The translations under genes and the position numbers were made by a program. DNA of 53,330 nt from a virus. Taxonomy: Duplodnaviria > Caudoviricetes. Every line of letters starts with the position of its first letter. Positions within the stretch are counted from its first letter, which is position 1. The stretch covers positions 1 to 53,330 of the IMG/VR virus record IMGVR_UViG_3300037010_000252; one strand, written 5' to 3'. The notes beneath the pieces are model-generated. The model had not been told where the DNA came from and ran no database searches. It saw only the letters and a program-made list of their open reading frames with translations. Of this stretch, positions 51,755-53,330 are shown one piece after another.

Positions 51755-52060
51755 ATGATTACAGAATCAGAAGCCAAAGCAAAAATTTGCCCGCTCAGGA
51801 GCATGGAATGCCTAGCCAGCGACTGCGCATTCTGGAGGTGGTCGCCAGCCACTAATCCATCCAACGGGGTGCAGAGGTTCTATGTCGCTGACAATGCGTC
51901 CGCAGAAAATGAGCGCGACGCCGGGAAAAAGCCGAAAGGCCATGAACGTTGGGAATTTGTACCGTGCGACGGCGATCCGGCAGGATGGCTGGAGCCACGC
52001 CAGGATGCCGACTTGCGGCGTAAAGGATACTGCGGCATCGCCGGGGAGCCTGCAAAATGA
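51755..52060 (+). CDS. Cys-containing hypothetical phage protein (TE.EA..K.CP...C.AS.C..WRW...GYCG.AG)
   Basis: GGAG SD before ATG 51755. Confidence 0.75.
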   Translation: MITESEAKAKICPLRSMECLASDCAFWRWSPATNPSNGVQRFYVADNASAENERDAGKKPKGHERWEFVPCDGDPAGWLEPRQDADLRRKGYCGIAGEPAK

Positions 52061-52524
52061 GGAATGCAACAATTTTGGGGCGCGTCGATGTTCCCGTGGT
52101 TGACCATGATTATCTGGAGAAGATCATTGACGAAGGGAAAAACCTTCACGGCCTCGTCAAATACTTTTCCATAAGCATAGAAGCCAGGCTCCCACTGAAA
52201 TCACTTTACCCGAATGCTTATGGATTCGGGCTTTACGCTACTGGATGGGTAGGCCCACACACCGACGACGGCGTAACAGGCGACATTACGCTAGGCATTG
52301 TCATTGTAGGGAACCATTACCTGTTCACGGGCAACGGCCGCCGCGTCGGAGACCTCGTTCCGGGAACAGTGTTCGCGTTGCTAAACAAAAAGCAGCACGG
52401 CGCATTTCAAAAGTACAAGAACGATACTACGCCACTGGTATTCGCCGCGTGCGAACCTGATCTTGCTGCGGAGGACTGGTATTTGTTTTGCGGCGATCTC
52501 ACAAGAGCAATACACCGTATGTAA
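52057..52524 (+). CDS. 2OG-Fe(II) oxygenase/cupin-like protein
   Basis: PHTD...L.PG.VF.L....HG gives an HxD...H metal triad in a beta-rich sequence. Confidence 0.55.
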   Translation: MRNATILGRVDVPVVDHDYLEKIIDEGKNLHGLVKYFSISIEARLPLKSLYPNAYGFGLYATGWVGPHTDDGVTGDITLGIVIVGNHYLFTGNGRRVGDLVPGTVFALLNKKQHGAFQKYKNDTTPLVFAACEPDLAAEDWYLFCGDLTRAIHRM

Positions 52525-52565
52525 TTTAGATGCGCGTGAAACCTTAAACAAATAGAGGAAAGTCA

Positions 52566-52769
52566 ATGGATATTGAACAAGTAAGGGCTGCGCGGCTCGA
52601 AATGGAAAACCAGATCATGGCGGCTATCATGGAGATCACGATGGACTTTCACACAAAGACCGGATTAAGTCCTGAAAGTATTGATGTTCAGATGGTTGAT
52701 ATAACAATGATTGGCAACCACAATAAACGCTTCGTAGTTGGGGCAGTTCATGCTTGTGTTCCGCTGTAA
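52566..52769 (+). CDS. hypothetical protein
   Basis: GAGGA SD; 67 aa. Confidence 0.7.
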   Translation: MDIEQVRAARLEMENQIMAAIMEITMDFHTKTGLSPESIDVQMVDITMIGNHNKRFVVGAVHACVPL

Positions 52770-52794
52770 CTAGGTGAGCGACAAGCAACGCCTC

Positions 52795-53097
52795 TTAAGG
52801 AGCAATTTTCTGCTTCCCGCTGCACGCGCGCTCAAGCGCGGCAGTCAGAGCCTTACGGGCTTCATGCGCTTCCTCAATAACTGTTTCCAATATTTCCCCT
52901 TCACAAAGGCACGCCAGAATCGCATCCGTTTCTTTTCCAGGGCTAGAATCACCGCTATCCACCCACTCAATGTCATGCAGCGCCTTTGCCACTAACTTCA
53001 GGTGTTTAGCAAATGCACGGCGCTCAGGCGTGTCCTGTATAAAAGTGGCCTCGTACTCCAGCTTGGAGAACAGATAATTCATGCTTCCACCGCTCAT
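52795..53097 (-). CDS. conserved phage hypothetical protein (MSGGS.NY...ALHD.EW..SGD)
   Basis: AGGAG SD; convergent with the early operon. Confidence 0.75.
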   Translation of the reverse strand: MSGGSMNYLFSKLEYEATFIQDTPERRAFAKHLKLVAKALHDIEWVDSGDSSPGKETDAILACLCEGEILETVIEEAHEARKALTAALERACSGKQKIAP

Positions 53098-53139
53098 CTT
53101 CCACTCCTAACTAATACTATCAATAAAAGAATCTAACAC

Positions 53140-53330
53140 CTGCCCCCCGAGCCGAAGGCGAACAGACTTTATCCCTAGCCGTTGGCTGTGGAGTCCTTTC
53201 GCTCCTCGGCCCGAGGGTCTGCCCCCGTCGCCTTAGTGCTTCGTCAGCCTTACGGGGCGTTCGTGCGGACTTCGACGCGAACTGTGCTATTCCATCCCCT
53301 TATCCCCGCAGCGCACTTGGTATGTCGGCC
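53140..53330 (-). ncRNA. non-coding structured element (candidate RNA or replication origin), probably truncated
   Basis: all three minus frames stop by about 53250; nested helices GGCGA/TCGCC, CAGAC/GTCTG and hairpins CCTCG/CGAGG, GGAG/CTCC, AGCC/GGCT. Confidence 0.45.

Noticed and set aside
53281-53295. ATGGA(A)TAGCACAGT shared with 50366-50379
   Set aside because: Only two copies, in different contexts and orientations; could be chance.
1-53330. Exact circular closure of the window
   Set aside because: No terminal repeat seen. Joining the ends would run a truncated gene into the structured non-coding region, and replication genes are missing, so a gap is more likely; I cannot prove it.

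Overview
The whole window is one tailed dsDNA phage genome, probably a podovirus-type phage of a Gram-negative host (SAR endolysin plus embedded spanins). It looks nearly complete but is cut at both ends. Layout: (i) 1-523 minus: Cro/YdaS-like HTH gene and followers. (ii) A divergent promoter pair at ~529-638 with no cI-like gene between the promoters. (iii) 798-9535 plus: early recombination/nucleotide operon (Bet/RecT, YqaJ exonuclease, GIY-YIG, possible Mom-like protein, a cytosine MTase remnant, dCMP deaminase fusion, MazG, SSB). (iv) 9565-50251 minus: late region with a NinB-like gene, tRNA(CAT), Ref nuclease, lysis cassette, terS, a tail-fibre-like module lying between terS and terL, terL, portal, scaffold, N4-gp56/DUF4043-type capsid, adaptor/tail genes, putative ejection proteins, and a 4437-aa DarB-like polyvalent protein (N6-MTase + SF2 helicase + zincin + PLxRFG). 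(v) 50423-52769 plus: small immediate-early operon with an Ocr-like acidic protein and a 2OG-Fe(II)/cupin-like protein. (vi) A non-coding, hairpin-rich right end. I see no integrase, CI, replication initiator, primase or polymerase. The main observation is four, possibly five, small genes nested in the giant gene, all on the same strand in the +1 frame and each with its own Shine-Dalgarno and ATG. They include a TnpV/DUF1896-like ORF just before the MTase domain and a recognisable small phage protein whose internal repeat is better conserved in the nested frame than in the host frame. Also noted: a four-copy late-promoter-like motif, several structured intergenic RNAs, and a cassette flanked by a duplicated junction in the tail module. 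All family assignments come from motif recognition, not database searches.
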